Source: Sedimentisphaerales bacterium
Lineage (GTDB): Bacteria; Planctomycetota; Phycisphaerae; Sedimentisphaerales; SM23-30
NCBI GenBank assembly: GCA_963663805.2
Contig: CAXXMR010000018.1
Span: 32,001 to 96,000 of the forward strand
Direction: 5' to 3'
DNA: 64,000 nucleotides
Every line of letters starts with the position of its first letter. Position 1 is the first letter of the stretch. The position numbers and the translations under genes were made by a program. The notes beneath the pieces were generated by a model. The model searched no databases and was not told the DNA's origin. It saw nothing but the letters and a program-made list of their open reading frames with translations. Positions 52,728-62,325 of this stretch are shown in pieces.

Positions 52728-53585
52728 ATGTTTAAGAAGAAGGCATTTACTCTCGTTGAGCTATTGGTTGTGGTGGCTATAATCGCATTGTTGGTTTCGA
52801 TTCTTCTGCCGGCGATAGGCAAGGCGCGAAGTACAGCGCGGCGGGTTGTTTGCGGTACGCGTATGCACAATCTGGGGCTAACGATAGAGGCATTCAAGTC
52901 TGACAATGATGGTTCTTATCCCGGTGCGTGGTGGGGGACAACGTCTTTTAACCGGCGGCTGTATTATGAGTCACTGATTATTGCTGGTATGATAGAAGGT
53001 GAAGAGACAGTCAAGGGTAACGATGAATGGGTTGTCAAAGAAAAAGGTATCAGAGAGGCTTACTCTTGTCCTTCCTTCAGAAGTTTTTTACAAAAACGCA
53101 GTAATGTACTATATGGCTGGAGTAATACTGCTTATGCGGAACATTACCCCTTGGGTATTGGTTACAACAGCCATCTTTCAAAGTACGATATTTGGGATGA
53201 CACCAAGAATGCCCCGGGAGTTTCGGCAAACAATAAATTTATAGGTAAAATTCCCAATGCCAATACTTTGGTGCTGATAGACTCTTCGAGTTTTTTCCTC
53301 ATGAATACTTTGGGTGGTAATTTTTATCCTGTTTATGAGATGTCTCAAAGAGATGTGAATGGCGGCAAAAACGGGATTATTGCCGGGAGTCATTCTGGGG
53401 GATTATCCAATTCTTTATGGGGCGATATGCATGTGGAGGCCCGGAAGGCGGACGAATATATTAGGCGTTCACCCAATTCGCCTTCGGTGCTGGCGGGCAG
53501 TTCGATTCTGGACCACAGGCCATACGCGTATCAGGATAATGGCTACGCGGTCAGTTATGATGGTAAGATAGCTTGTCCGGAATAG
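52728..53585 (+). CDS. Prepilin-type N-terminal cleavage/methylation protein (DUF1559-like, H-X9-DG variant)
   Basis: [45 protein letters not shown]. Confidence 0.9.
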   Translation: MFKKKAFTLVELLVVVAIIALLVSILLPAIGKARSTARRVVCGTRMHNLGLTIEAFKSDNDGSYPGAWWGTTSFNRRLYYESLIIAGMIEGEETVKGNDEWVVKEKGIREAYSCPSFRSFLQKRSNVLYGWSNTAYAEHYPLGIGYNSHLSKYDIWDDTKNAPGVSANNKFIGKIPNANTLVLIDSSSFFLMNTLGGNFYPVYEMSQRDVNGGKNGIIAGSHSGGLSNSLWGDMHVEARKADEYIRRSPNSPSVLAGSSILDHRPYAYQDNGYAVSYDGKIACPE

Positions 53586-53756
53586 GGTTGCCAATACCGT
53601 ACCGGAGTTGTCGTTTCTGGTACGAAGGAACGATAGTGATGGGGGCAATGAGGATTTGTCTGTGAGGGGTTTAGTCCGTTTTACGTCCATGATTTGTTCG
53701 TCTCAATGATAGTTGCTCTATCCGTATTTTCATAAAGTGTCATTAGGAGGCAGCTT

Positions 53757-55214
53757 TTGAATATCGGCTCTGTGAAAAAGATTAAAACGTGTGATTTGTG
53801 GGGCTATGCGTCGGGTGAGGGGGCGACATCGATCACCATGAACGGCATTGGTAATTTTGGGATGCTGTTCTATACTCAGGTGATGGGCATGAGTGCGGAG
53901 CTTGCCGGGACGGCTCTGTCAATCGCTACGGTTTGGGACGCGATCACTGACCCGTTGATGGGTACGATATCCGACCGCACGAATTCGCGTTTTGGTCGCC
54001 GGCATCCTTTTATGCTCATAGGCGGGGTTATTCTGGCGATTTCTTTTTTGGCTATGTGGTTTATTCCGGAATCGTTTCAGGGCGAGAAAAAGCTGTTTGT
54101 TTATCTGCTGGCGGTCAATATTTTTATTAAAACCGCATTCACCGTTTTTGTGGTTCCCTATACGGCTCTTGGTTTCGAGATGTGCAAGAGCTATGACGAT
54201 CGTTCTCGTCTTCAGGGCGTCCGTTACGGTTTCAATATGATTGTCAATATTATATTTGGTGGTTTGGCCTGGGTACTGTTCTTTGGTGATAAGGTTGCCG
54301 CGGACGGTACGGTTATTGATGGCACGAAGGTGCACGCACACTATTTGACCATGGGTGCGGTACTCGCGGCGGGTGCTTTTGGGCTAATTGTCTTTTGTGT
54401 CTGGATGACTTACAAATATGCTGAAAAGGGGCTTGTCCGCAAAGAGAGCGAAGGAGGCGGGGGACATATCAAGGCATTTATTCATGATTTAAAGGATGTT
54501 TATTCGGATAAGCTGGTGTGGTTTGTTTTGTCATTTTTCGCCATCGCTCAATTTTCGATGATGGTGGTTTCTCAAGTGCAAATGTTTACTTATGTTGAAT
54601 ATATGCATTTCAGTGCCGGCGAGAAAACCTTTGTGCATACCGGCGGGATGGTTGGTTTTATGCTGGGCTCACTGGCGTTGGGTGGTTTGGTGCGGCGTCT
54701 GGACAAAAAACGTACCGGTTATCTGGGGATGGCTATCAGCTCTCTGGGCAGTCTGGCTCTGCTGGCGGTTTTTACGGGAGGGCTGCTGGAGCCACAGGCT
54801 AAAATTGGCGGATTCCCAATTGCTGTGGCGGTTTTTGGTTTGTTGCAGATGATGTGGTGGGGGGGATGTGGTATTATTGTTCCGATGGCTACTGCCATGA
54901 TTGCCGACCTGTCCGAGATCAAAAAGCTGCAAACCGGCGAGGTGACCGAAGGGCGTTACGCTGCCGGGTTTTCCTTTTTCCTCAAAGCTGCCGGCGCGTT
55001 TGGGCTTTTTGTGACTGGTTATATCCTCAAAAGCACAGGCTATGTTTCCGGGGCTGAATCTCAGAGTTTAGAGACGGTCAACAGTTTAGCGTTGATGACC
55101 TTTATCATTGGTCCTGCCATGATGTTTCTGTCGTTTTTGATTCTTCGTAAGTATCCGATTACCCATCAGTCTATGAACGAGCTGCGCAGGCAGTATGGCC
55201 GTGATGAGGAATAG
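53757..55214 (+). CDS. Glycoside-pentoside-hexuronide (MelB-like) MFS symporter
   Basis: WDAITDPLMGTISDRTNSRFGRRHPF; many TM helices; MIADL..EGRY. Confidence 0.92.
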   Translation: MNIGSVKKIKTCDLWGYASGEGATSITMNGIGNFGMLFYTQVMGMSAELAGTALSIATVWDAITDPLMGTISDRTNSRFGRRHPFMLIGGVILAISFLAMWFIPESFQGEKKLFVYLLAVNIFIKTAFTVFVVPYTALGFEMCKSYDDRSRLQGVRYGFNMIVNIIFGGLAWVLFFGDKVAADGTVIDGTKVHAHYLTMGAVLAAGAFGLIVFCVWMTYKYAEKGLVRKESEGGGGHIKAFIHDLKDVYSDKLVWFVLSFFAIAQFSMMVVSQVQMFTYVEYMHFSAGEKTFVHTGGMVGFMLGSLALGGLVRRLDKKRTGYLGMAISSLGSLALLAVFTGGLLEPQAKIGGFPIAVAVFGLLQMMWWGGCGIIVPMATAMIADLSEIKKLQTGEVTEGRYAAGFSFFLKAAGAFGLFVTGYILKSTGYVSGAESQSLETVNSLALMTFIIGPAMMFLSFLILRKYPITHQSMNELRRQYGRDEE

Positions 55215-55318
55215 TGGCTTGCAAAGATGCGTAACAGGGGGACAGGCAATAAAATGCTGTGAATTAGCTGGTATGGCTGGTTTTTATGTGGAACAGGCAA
55301 TATATGAAAGGGATTGCT

Positions 55319-56710
55319 ATGCAAAAAATTAAATTTGGTGTAAACAGTTTATTAGCCGTTGTTATGTTATTGACAGTTGGAATGGTTAATGTTGGGGATT
55401 GTGGTGAACTGCCTGAAATTACACTGGAGCCATTTCCGATACTTTCCTGGATCCCGCCGGAATTGACTGCGGAGGGTCTGGGTTTGTATAAAGATGCCGG
55501 CTTCAACATTTTGTATATTTATCCGGAAGAAGATGTTTATCGGAAAATGAAGAAGAACTGGGACGGCAAGTGGATGGTGTTTAAGGAATGGAACGAGAAG
55601 GGTTATGATTATAAAACGCTGTGTGATTTTCATGCTGATGACCCGCAGCGTATAGGGTTTATGCTGGGTGATGAGCCGACGGTAGCCGAGATAGATGAAT
55701 ATGTTGAGCAATATGATTATCTTCGGTCGCGGCATCCTGATGATATTTGTCTGGTAAATATGTTTCCGTCTTATGCCAGCGAGACACGTCTGGGCAGTAC
55801 ATTCCGTCAGTATGTAGAAACATATTTTGCAAAGCTCAGGCCTCGTTACAGTTCTTTGGATCATTATCCGTGTTACTGGCATGATTATGACTCGCCGAGT
55901 TTTTATCATGACCTTGAAATCAGCCGAGAAGTTTCGAGTCGGTACAACTGCAAGCAGTTTGGTTTTGTGCAGGTTTATTCCTCGCGTAAGGACCGCGATG
56001 TGAGCAGTTCCGACCTAGCTTGGCAGATTAATACCTTCCTGGCCTATAACTGTAAAGGTTTGTGGTATTTTTACTTTAGGAATCCGGTGCCCGGCATAAA
56101 TGATTTGGTGGGCCGGGACTCAATGAAGAGGCTCAAGCAGGATGAATGTATTGATTTCAGAAAAGGCCGTCGTACAGCGAAGCGACAGGGGATATATCGG
56201 TTTGGCCGCGGTGTTCTCGATGCCGATGACCAGAAAAGTGACCTTTTTGACGATGTGTCGCAAATAAACAAAGAAGCCTCGGTTTGGGGCGAAACATTGA
56301 TCGGTCTGAAGTGTCTTAAGATAAGACATTTTCGGGGCTTTGATGATGGTTATGCTCCTGTGGGTACGGCTGAGTTTGCCCGGCTGGACTGGGACGGGGC
56401 GGTGGAGCAGTATGTTGAGGATATTAAAGCCGCAGAAGAATATCTCAGTATGGGTTATATTCTGAGTTATTTTGAGGATGGCCAGAAACGCCCTTACCTG
56501 ATGATTGTCAATAAACGGCATGGCGAATGGATGCGCCGGGAAGACGGCACACTGGCAACGGTGGTGTCTTTTACCAAAGATGTTAAAAATGTATTTTCCG
56601 TTTCTAATGTGACCGGCAAGGAAGAGAGGGGTGCACTTGACAAGGCCAATTCATTTGAGGTCGAACTATCAGGCGGCGGGGCTGTTCTTTTAAGGCTTGA
56701 AGTTGAGTAA
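55319..56710 (+). CDS. Secreted putative glycoside hydrolase-like TIM-barrel protein
   Basis: Signal peptide; DAGFN, GFMLGDEP, SLDHYP and KGLWYF motifs. Confidence 0.65.
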   Translation: MQKIKFGVNSLLAVVMLLTVGMVNVGDCGELPEITLEPFPILSWIPPELTAEGLGLYKDAGFNILYIYPEEDVYRKMKKNWDGKWMVFKEWNEKGYDYKTLCDFHADDPQRIGFMLGDEPTVAEIDEYVEQYDYLRSRHPDDICLVNMFPSYASETRLGSTFRQYVETYFAKLRPRYSSLDHYPCYWHDYDSPSFYHDLEISREVSSRYNCKQFGFVQVYSSRKDRDVSSSDLAWQINTFLAYNCKGLWYFYFRNPVPGINDLVGRDSMKRLKQDECIDFRKGRRTAKRQGIYRFGRGVLDADDQKSDLFDDVSQINKEASVWGETLIGLKCLKIRHFRGFDDGYAPVGTAEFARLDWDGAVEQYVEDIKAAEEYLSMGYILSYFEDGQKRPYLMIVNKRHGEWMRREDGTLATVVSFTKDVKNVFSVSNVTGKEERGALDKANSFEVELSGGGAVLLRLEVE

Positions 56711-56799
56711 TAAGGTTGCAGCGGTGAGAAGTTGTTGTTGCGGTAATGCTATTGTGCATAAAGTGGAAAAGTGTTGTGCATAACGAAAGGACCAGTAAT

Positions 56800-58149
56800 A
56801 TGAGACAGAGATTTTGCCTGATCACTCTAACAGCGTTTTTGTCTTTTTCAGCGGCGACTTTCGGGGCATCTAATGACGGTGACCACGTTTTTTTCTACAA
56901 TCAATTTGGTTCTCCGGCCTTTGAGACCATCAACGACTGGGTCGTGATAGGTTCGCCGGGTTATGAGAATTATTTTAGTTTGAACAGTGATGTTGATTGT
57001 GTTGAAGACGCAGTGGATGTCGCAGGTTTGAACACCAGGTTGGACTGGACCGTGCCTTATACCCAGACCGTGCCGGCGGGTACCTGGTGTGGTTATGAAT
57101 TTACGATACCGTCTGGGGTAAAGGAAAATATTATCCGGTGGTACACCGCGGGTCGATACAATATCGGTACCGGTGCCGAGGTGCGTCTTATCGATGAATA
57201 CGATAATATTATTTGGAGCTATGACGATACCGGTACATGGCTGGACACTTACAGCGATTTCTTTTCGCCTACAGAAAAGGTTCGTTTGATAGTGTATCAG
57301 AATACGGCGGGTTATCTCTGGGCAGGTCAGTATTTTTATGCTCAGTTAATGCAGATGACCACTCAGGATATTCCGGAATATTTTGGCTATTACTTTGTTA
57401 ATTCCGCTCGCGGTGATTTTTTTGAAAACGTCAATTATGATATTTCAGGGTTTACTAACCTCAACCATGTTATGCTGAATAGTATGAGCGTTGCCGAAGT
57501 TGCCGCCCTGGCCGGTCGTTATGCGGCAAAGGGTTGCAAGATGATGGTTGATACACGTTGGCAGTTCTTTGACGGCAACGGTGATTTGTTGCCCCTGGCA
57601 ACCCGGCAAGCGCAATGGGCGTTGTTGTGGAGCAAAATACAGCCGGTAATAGACTCCGTGGGCGGCTTATATCTAATAGACGAGCCGGTTATTAACGGTG
57701 CCAGCACGGCTGATTTGTACACCGCCATATCGGAAATCAAGAATGACTATAGCGGCCCTCTTCTGGCGGTTTATTCCTATGTGACGGTGGAGCAGCTTGG
57801 CTGGGGTGTTATACCCACTAATATCGACTGGGTAGGCGTAAACAAATTCAGTTGTGATTTTGCTGATATAGAAAGCTTAGTTGCTACACTCGAGGAATTC
57901 CTGCCGGCATGGCAGAAGATTTTCCTGGTTCCTCAGGCGACTACCTATCAGCCATGTTCGTATATTGCCAGCCAGGAGCTGGAATGTTACGATTGGCAGG
58001 TTCACAACTGGAGTTGGGAATATTGGAAGTTGGCCAATGAGAACCCAAAGATCGTGGGCTTAATGTGTCATGTTCTTGAAGATATGATAGGCTGCGATAT
58101 GACATTGTCACAGGAAGCACAAAGTGCAATTGGCACAAAAGTGAAGTAG
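56800..58149 (+). CDS. Secreted mosaic protein (N-domain like 49441..50094, C-domain like 51061..52611)
   Basis: Shared blocks TINDW..GYE.YF, TVPAGTW.GYE, TNLNHV, DEP and QKIFLVP. Confidence 0.8.
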   Translation: MRQRFCLITLTAFLSFSAATFGASNDGDHVFFYNQFGSPAFETINDWVVIGSPGYENYFSLNSDVDCVEDAVDVAGLNTRLDWTVPYTQTVPAGTWCGYEFTIPSGVKENIIRWYTAGRYNIGTGAEVRLIDEYDNIIWSYDDTGTWLDTYSDFFSPTEKVRLIVYQNTAGYLWAGQYFYAQLMQMTTQDIPEYFGYYFVNSARGDFFENVNYDISGFTNLNHVMLNSMSVAEVAALAGRYAAKGCKMMVDTRWQFFDGNGDLLPLATRQAQWALLWSKIQPVIDSVGGLYLIDEPVINGASTADLYTAISEIKNDYSGPLLAVYSYVTVEQLGWGVIPTNIDWVGVNKFSCDFADIESLVATLEEFLPAWQKIFLVPQATTYQPCSYIASQELECYDWQVHNWSWEYWKLANENPKIVGLMCHVLEDMIGCDMTLSQEAQSAIGTKVK

Positions 58150-58219
58150 GATAAACATAAATAACACTTTTCCACTTTTCTTGATGAGCGATAAGTGCCA
58201 AAGTATGAAGGTTTGGTAA

Positions 58220-59707
58220 ATGACAGGTAAAAAAATCAGAAGACGTGACTTTCTTAATTCCGTAATTGCCGCAGCTACGCTGCCGAGTGTTTCTGTGCTG
58301 TCGCAAATGGTTAATTCTGCCGCCCGGGAGGATGGCAAACGGCCCAACTTTGTTTTTATAATGACTGATGACCAGAAATGGGACGCTGTAGGTTTTGAAG
58401 CGGAATATCCTTTTTTGAAAACTCCCAATATTGACCGGATAGCCAGGGAAGGTGTGGTTTTCAAAAACGCATTTGTTACGACTTCGCTTTGTTCGCCGTC
58501 GCGGGCATGTTGTCTGACGGGAATGTATGCTCATAAAAATGGGGTTCCGGTGAATGAAGTCGCCGACCACCGGTTAGATGTCGATTCTCTGCAAAGATGT
58601 TTGTGGCAAAAAGGCTATGAGGTTGCGTTTATTGGCAAGTGGCATCAGGAATTACACGCGAATCCGCGGCCGGATTTTGATTATTGGCTCAGCTTTGAAG
58701 GTCAGGGTCAGTATTTTGATCCGGAGTTAAACGAAAACGGTAAAAGCTTTCAGGCTTTGGGTTATATAACTGACATACTGACGCGGTACACTGAGAAATG
58801 GCTGGAAGAAAAACGTGATAAAAGCAAGCCTTTTTGTCTATTTTTATGGCACAAGGCAATTCATGGCCCATTTTTGCCCGCCCCTGAGGATGAAAATCTC
58901 TACCAGGATGTTTTGATTCCTGAGCCTAAGAATTACCATGACGATTATTCAGATAAAGGCAAATGGCTGCGTCGCGCGGCAAGTTATGGCGTTCATCGTG
59001 AGCCATATCATGAAAGTCAGGGTAAGCCTATACCGGCAAGCACTCCACCAGCTAAGCCATGGTCCGGCAAGGAAAATGCCTGGATGAATTATCTGAAAAC
59101 TATTTCAGCGGTTGACAGAAGTACGGGGCGAGTATACGAGAAACTGCAAAAACTGGGCATTCTTGACAATACCTTTTTGATGTTTACCAGTGATAACGGC
59201 TATTTGCTGGGCAATCATCACAGTGTTTCTGATAAGCGGATTATGTGGGAAGAATCCATGAAAGTGCCCCTGATAATTCGTTTTCCCGGATTAATTAAAT
59301 CGGGTAGTGTAATTGAGGAAATGGTTTTGAATATAGATTTCGCTCCGACCTTTATCGATTTAGCTGGCGGGTCAATTCCGGAGACGATGCAGGGCAAATC
59401 TTTTGCGCTGCTGCTGCAAGGCAATAAACAGGGATGGCGGAAAGATTTTCTTTATGAATACTTCCGTGAGGGTTATGCTCCGGGTATTCCCAGTGTAGTG
59501 GGCATTCGCACGGACAGATTTAAGCTTATAGAGTATCCTGAGTTAGACGGCGATAATGAGTTATATGATTTGCAAAATGATCCTCTGGAGATGAGGAATC
59601 TTTATAATGAGGGTGATTATGTGGTGCTTAGAGAGAATCTCAAAGAACGGCTGGAGGCCTTAAAGAAGCAATATGGTTATAAGGTGCCTGATTATCCTTT
59701 CAAGTAG
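58220..59707 (+). CDS. Sulfatase (formylglycine-dependent) with Tat signal
   Basis: RRRDFL, PNFVFIMTDD, CSPSRACCLTG, GKWH and FTSDNG motifs. Confidence 0.95.
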   Translation: MTGKKIRRRDFLNSVIAAATLPSVSVLSQMVNSAAREDGKRPNFVFIMTDDQKWDAVGFEAEYPFLKTPNIDRIAREGVVFKNAFVTTSLCSPSRACCLTGMYAHKNGVPVNEVADHRLDVDSLQRCLWQKGYEVAFIGKWHQELHANPRPDFDYWLSFEGQGQYFDPELNENGKSFQALGYITDILTRYTEKWLEEKRDKSKPFCLFLWHKAIHGPFLPAPEDENLYQDVLIPEPKNYHDDYSDKGKWLRRAASYGVHREPYHESQGKPIPASTPPAKPWSGKENAWMNYLKTISAVDRSTGRVYEKLQKLGILDNTFLMFTSDNGYLLGNHHSVSDKRIMWEESMKVPLIIRFPGLIKSGSVIEEMVLNIDFAPTFIDLAGGSIPETMQGKSFALLLQGNKQGWRKDFLYEYFREGYAPGIPSVVGIRTDRFKLIEYPELDGDNELYDLQNDPLEMRNLYNEGDYVVLRENLKERLEALKKQYGYKVPDYPFK

Positions 59708-59716
59708 GGAGTAGTT

Positions 59717-61258
59717 ATGAAAATCAAAAAAATTATCATCGTAATTCTATTTATTATGCCTGGCTTAGTAGTCGCGGAGTTGAGTTTGCCGACATTGATT
59801 TCCGATGGTATGGTCTTGCAGCGGAATTCTGAGGTTCCGTTGTGGGGCTGGGGGACACCGGGGACGGATGTTTATGTCAAGGTTGGCTGGAGTGATGAGA
59901 CATACTCTGTCCGGGCTGATGGTAAGGGTGAATGGCGTGTTACGGTTGCGACCGGTCAAGCGGGTGGCCCCTATGATATTCAGGTCGCGGGGGAGAACAG
60001 CCTTACCATAAAAAATGTGTTGCTTGGTGAAGTGTGGGTATGTTCGGGTCAGTCCAATATGGTTTATATTCTGGCCGGCAGTATCAATGGCGAATCAGTC
60101 GCGGCGCAGGCCAATGATGATTCATTGCGATTTTTTCAGGTTCCGCAGCGTACAGGTGATGTTCCGGCGCAGGATTGCTATAGCCAATGGCAAAGCTGTA
60201 CACCCGAAACAGCTCGGATTTTCAGTGCGGTCGGCTATTATTTCGGAAGCGAGCTTCGGAAGGAGTTGGGGGTTCCGATAGGTCTTATTCAGCCGTCGGT
60301 AGGGGGAACCCCCGTGGACGCCTGGATAGAGGAGGATGTGTTAAAGTCTGTTCCTGATTTTGCCGTCAATGTGAAACGTTATTATGAACTTCTCAAGGAT
60401 TATCCAAAAGCAAAGAAGGAATATGATAAGAAGCTCCAGGAATACGAAGCTTCGCTTGCCGGTGGCATTGCGATTACCAAGCCACAGCCTCCGATGGGGC
60501 CGGACCATTTCCAAAAACCTTCGGGACTTTATAATGCCATGATAGCACCTCTGGTACCCTATGGTCTGGCGGGTTTTATTTGGTATCAGGGTGAGAGTAA
60601 TTCCTGGCGGGCCCATCAATATATTAAAATGTTTCCGGCAATGGTAAAAAGCTGGCGGAGCAAATGGGGAGCGAATTTGCCATTTTATTATGTGCAGATT
60701 GCCCCGTGTACTTATTACGACAATGATTCACATGGCATGGCAAATATCAGTGCGGAGCTTCGCGAGGCCCAAAGGCTGTCCTTGGATATAATATCAAATA
60801 GCGGGATGGCGGTTACGCTGGATACTGTTGATGATTATGAAGATATACATCCCAAAAACAAAAAAGATCCAGGCTGCCGTTTGGCGAAGTTGGCGTTAAA
60901 GGCAACGTATAATCGTGATATTGTTGCTTCTGGCCCATTGTACAAAAGGATGGAAGTGCAAGGCGGTAACGTCAGGATTTATTTCGACCATGTTGGCAGT
61001 GGGCTTGTAATTCGTTCGGAAAGTGAAACCGGTTTTGAGATTGCCGGGAGTGATGGTCGGTATTATCCCGCAAGCGTCAAAATAGAAGGCGATTCACTGG
61101 TGTTGAGTGCGGTCGAAGTGCTTGAGCCAGTTGCGGCCCGCTATGCCTGGAGCAATACCGCCAAGGCAACTCTTTTTAATCGCGAAGGTCTGCCTGCTTC
61201 GTCATTTCGGACAGATAACAGCAAGTGGGAAACGGAAGGGAAGCTGACATATTTTTAG
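59717..61258 (+). CDS. Sialate O-acetylesterase family (SGNH)
   Basis: DGMVLQR, GEVWVCSGQSNM, WYQGESN and DIHPKNK motifs. Confidence 0.93.
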   Translation: MKIKKIIIVILFIMPGLVVAELSLPTLISDGMVLQRNSEVPLWGWGTPGTDVYVKVGWSDETYSVRADGKGEWRVTVATGQAGGPYDIQVAGENSLTIKNVLLGEVWVCSGQSNMVYILAGSINGESVAAQANDDSLRFFQVPQRTGDVPAQDCYSQWQSCTPETARIFSAVGYYFGSELRKELGVPIGLIQPSVGGTPVDAWIEEDVLKSVPDFAVNVKRYYELLKDYPKAKKEYDKKLQEYEASLAGGIAITKPQPPMGPDHFQKPSGLYNAMIAPLVPYGLAGFIWYQGESNSWRAHQYIKMFPAMVKSWRSKWGANLPFYYVQIAPCTYYDNDSHGMANISAELREAQRLSLDIISNSGMAVTLDTVDDYEDIHPKNKKDPGCRLAKLALKATYNRDIVASGPLYKRMEVQGGNVRIYFDHVGSGLVIRSESETGFEIAGSDGRYYPASVKIEGDSLVLSAVEVLEPVAARYAWSNTAKATLFNREGLPASSFRTDNSKWETEGKLTYF

Positions 61259-61270
61259 AGAATATAAACA

Positions 61271-62275
61271 ATGAACAGCTACGAAAGATATATTAACACT
61301 ATAAACTCAGCGTCAACGGATTATCTGCCGCGAATCCCTATATTGATGCATTGGGCCGCGGATTATTCAGGTTTCAGTTACGCTGAATTTGCCTGTGATC
61401 ATCAGGCGTTGGCTCAGGCAAATTTCAAGATTGTAGAAGATTTTGGGATAGATACTCTTGACGTTATGTCTGATCCCTGGCGAGAAACCACAGCTTTTGG
61501 CGGAAAAATTGAATATCTTCGCAATGCGGTTCCCAAGTGTGTCAGGCATCCGTTGGCGGATTCAAAAGTTTTGGAGAGTCTCGAAACTCCGTCTGTTAAA
61601 ACTTCCGAAAGAATTGTCAGTGCCTTAAAAACGATTGACCTGTACAAGCAAAATAGCTTTAAGGAAAAATCTATTACCGGTTGGGTGGAAGGGCCCGCCG
61701 CAGAGGCAGCCACCTTGCGAGGAGTCGGTAATTTCCTTATGGATCTCGTTGATGATGAGTCATATGTGTGCCAGTTGATGGATATATGTACGGAATTTGC
61801 GGTTGATTTTGCCAGGTCGCAAATAGAGGCAGGCTGTGATACAGTTGGTATCGGCGATGCAATTGCCAGCCAGGTTTCCGCGGATGTTTATTCGAGGCTT
61901 ATCTGGCCGAGAGAGAAGAGGTTGGTTGATGCAATACACCAGGCAAACGGTTTTGCCAGACTGCACATATGCGGCAATATAAACCACCTGCTTGGTTTTA
62001 TAAAAGATTTGCACGTTGATATTCTGGATTGCGACTGGATGGTTGACATTGCAAATGCCCGCAATGCGATGGGGCGAACAGCCCTTGTCGCAAACCTTAA
62101 TCCTGTCGATGATGTATTAAGGTCTTCGCCGAAGGAAATATCTGGAACGCTGATACAGTTATATAAACAGGTTGGCAATCCATTTTTTGTGGGCGCCGGT
62201 TGTGAGATACCTTCGGGCACAGCCGTGGAGAACTTGCGGGCTCTTTGCCGACCGATAGTTTTTTGTGAACGCTAA
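61271..62275 (+). CDS. Uroporphyrinogen decarboxylase / MtaA-CmuA methyltransferase family protein
   Basis: GWVEGP, RLHICGN (HxC) and GAGCEIP motifs. Confidence 0.85.
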   Translation: MNSYERYINTINSASTDYLPRIPILMHWAADYSGFSYAEFACDHQALAQANFKIVEDFGIDTLDVMSDPWRETTAFGGKIEYLRNAVPKCVRHPLADSKVLESLETPSVKTSERIVSALKTIDLYKQNSFKEKSITGWVEGPAAEAATLRGVGNFLMDLVDDESYVCQLMDICTEFAVDFARSQIEAGCDTVGIGDAIASQVSADVYSRLIWPREKRLVDAIHQANGFARLHICGNINHLLGFIKDLHVDILDCDWMVDIANARNAMGRTALVANLNPVDDVLRSSPKEISGTLIQLYKQVGNPFFVGAGCEIPSGTAVENLRALCRPIVFCER

Positions 62276-62325
62276 CCAGACCGATATGAATTCATTTTAA
62301 GTCGCGATGATTTTGGTAGAATATT

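Noticed and set aside
61271..62275. hemE assignment
   Set aside because: It lacks the N-terminal WxMRQAGR motif of true HemE and has HxC/Cys ligands instead.
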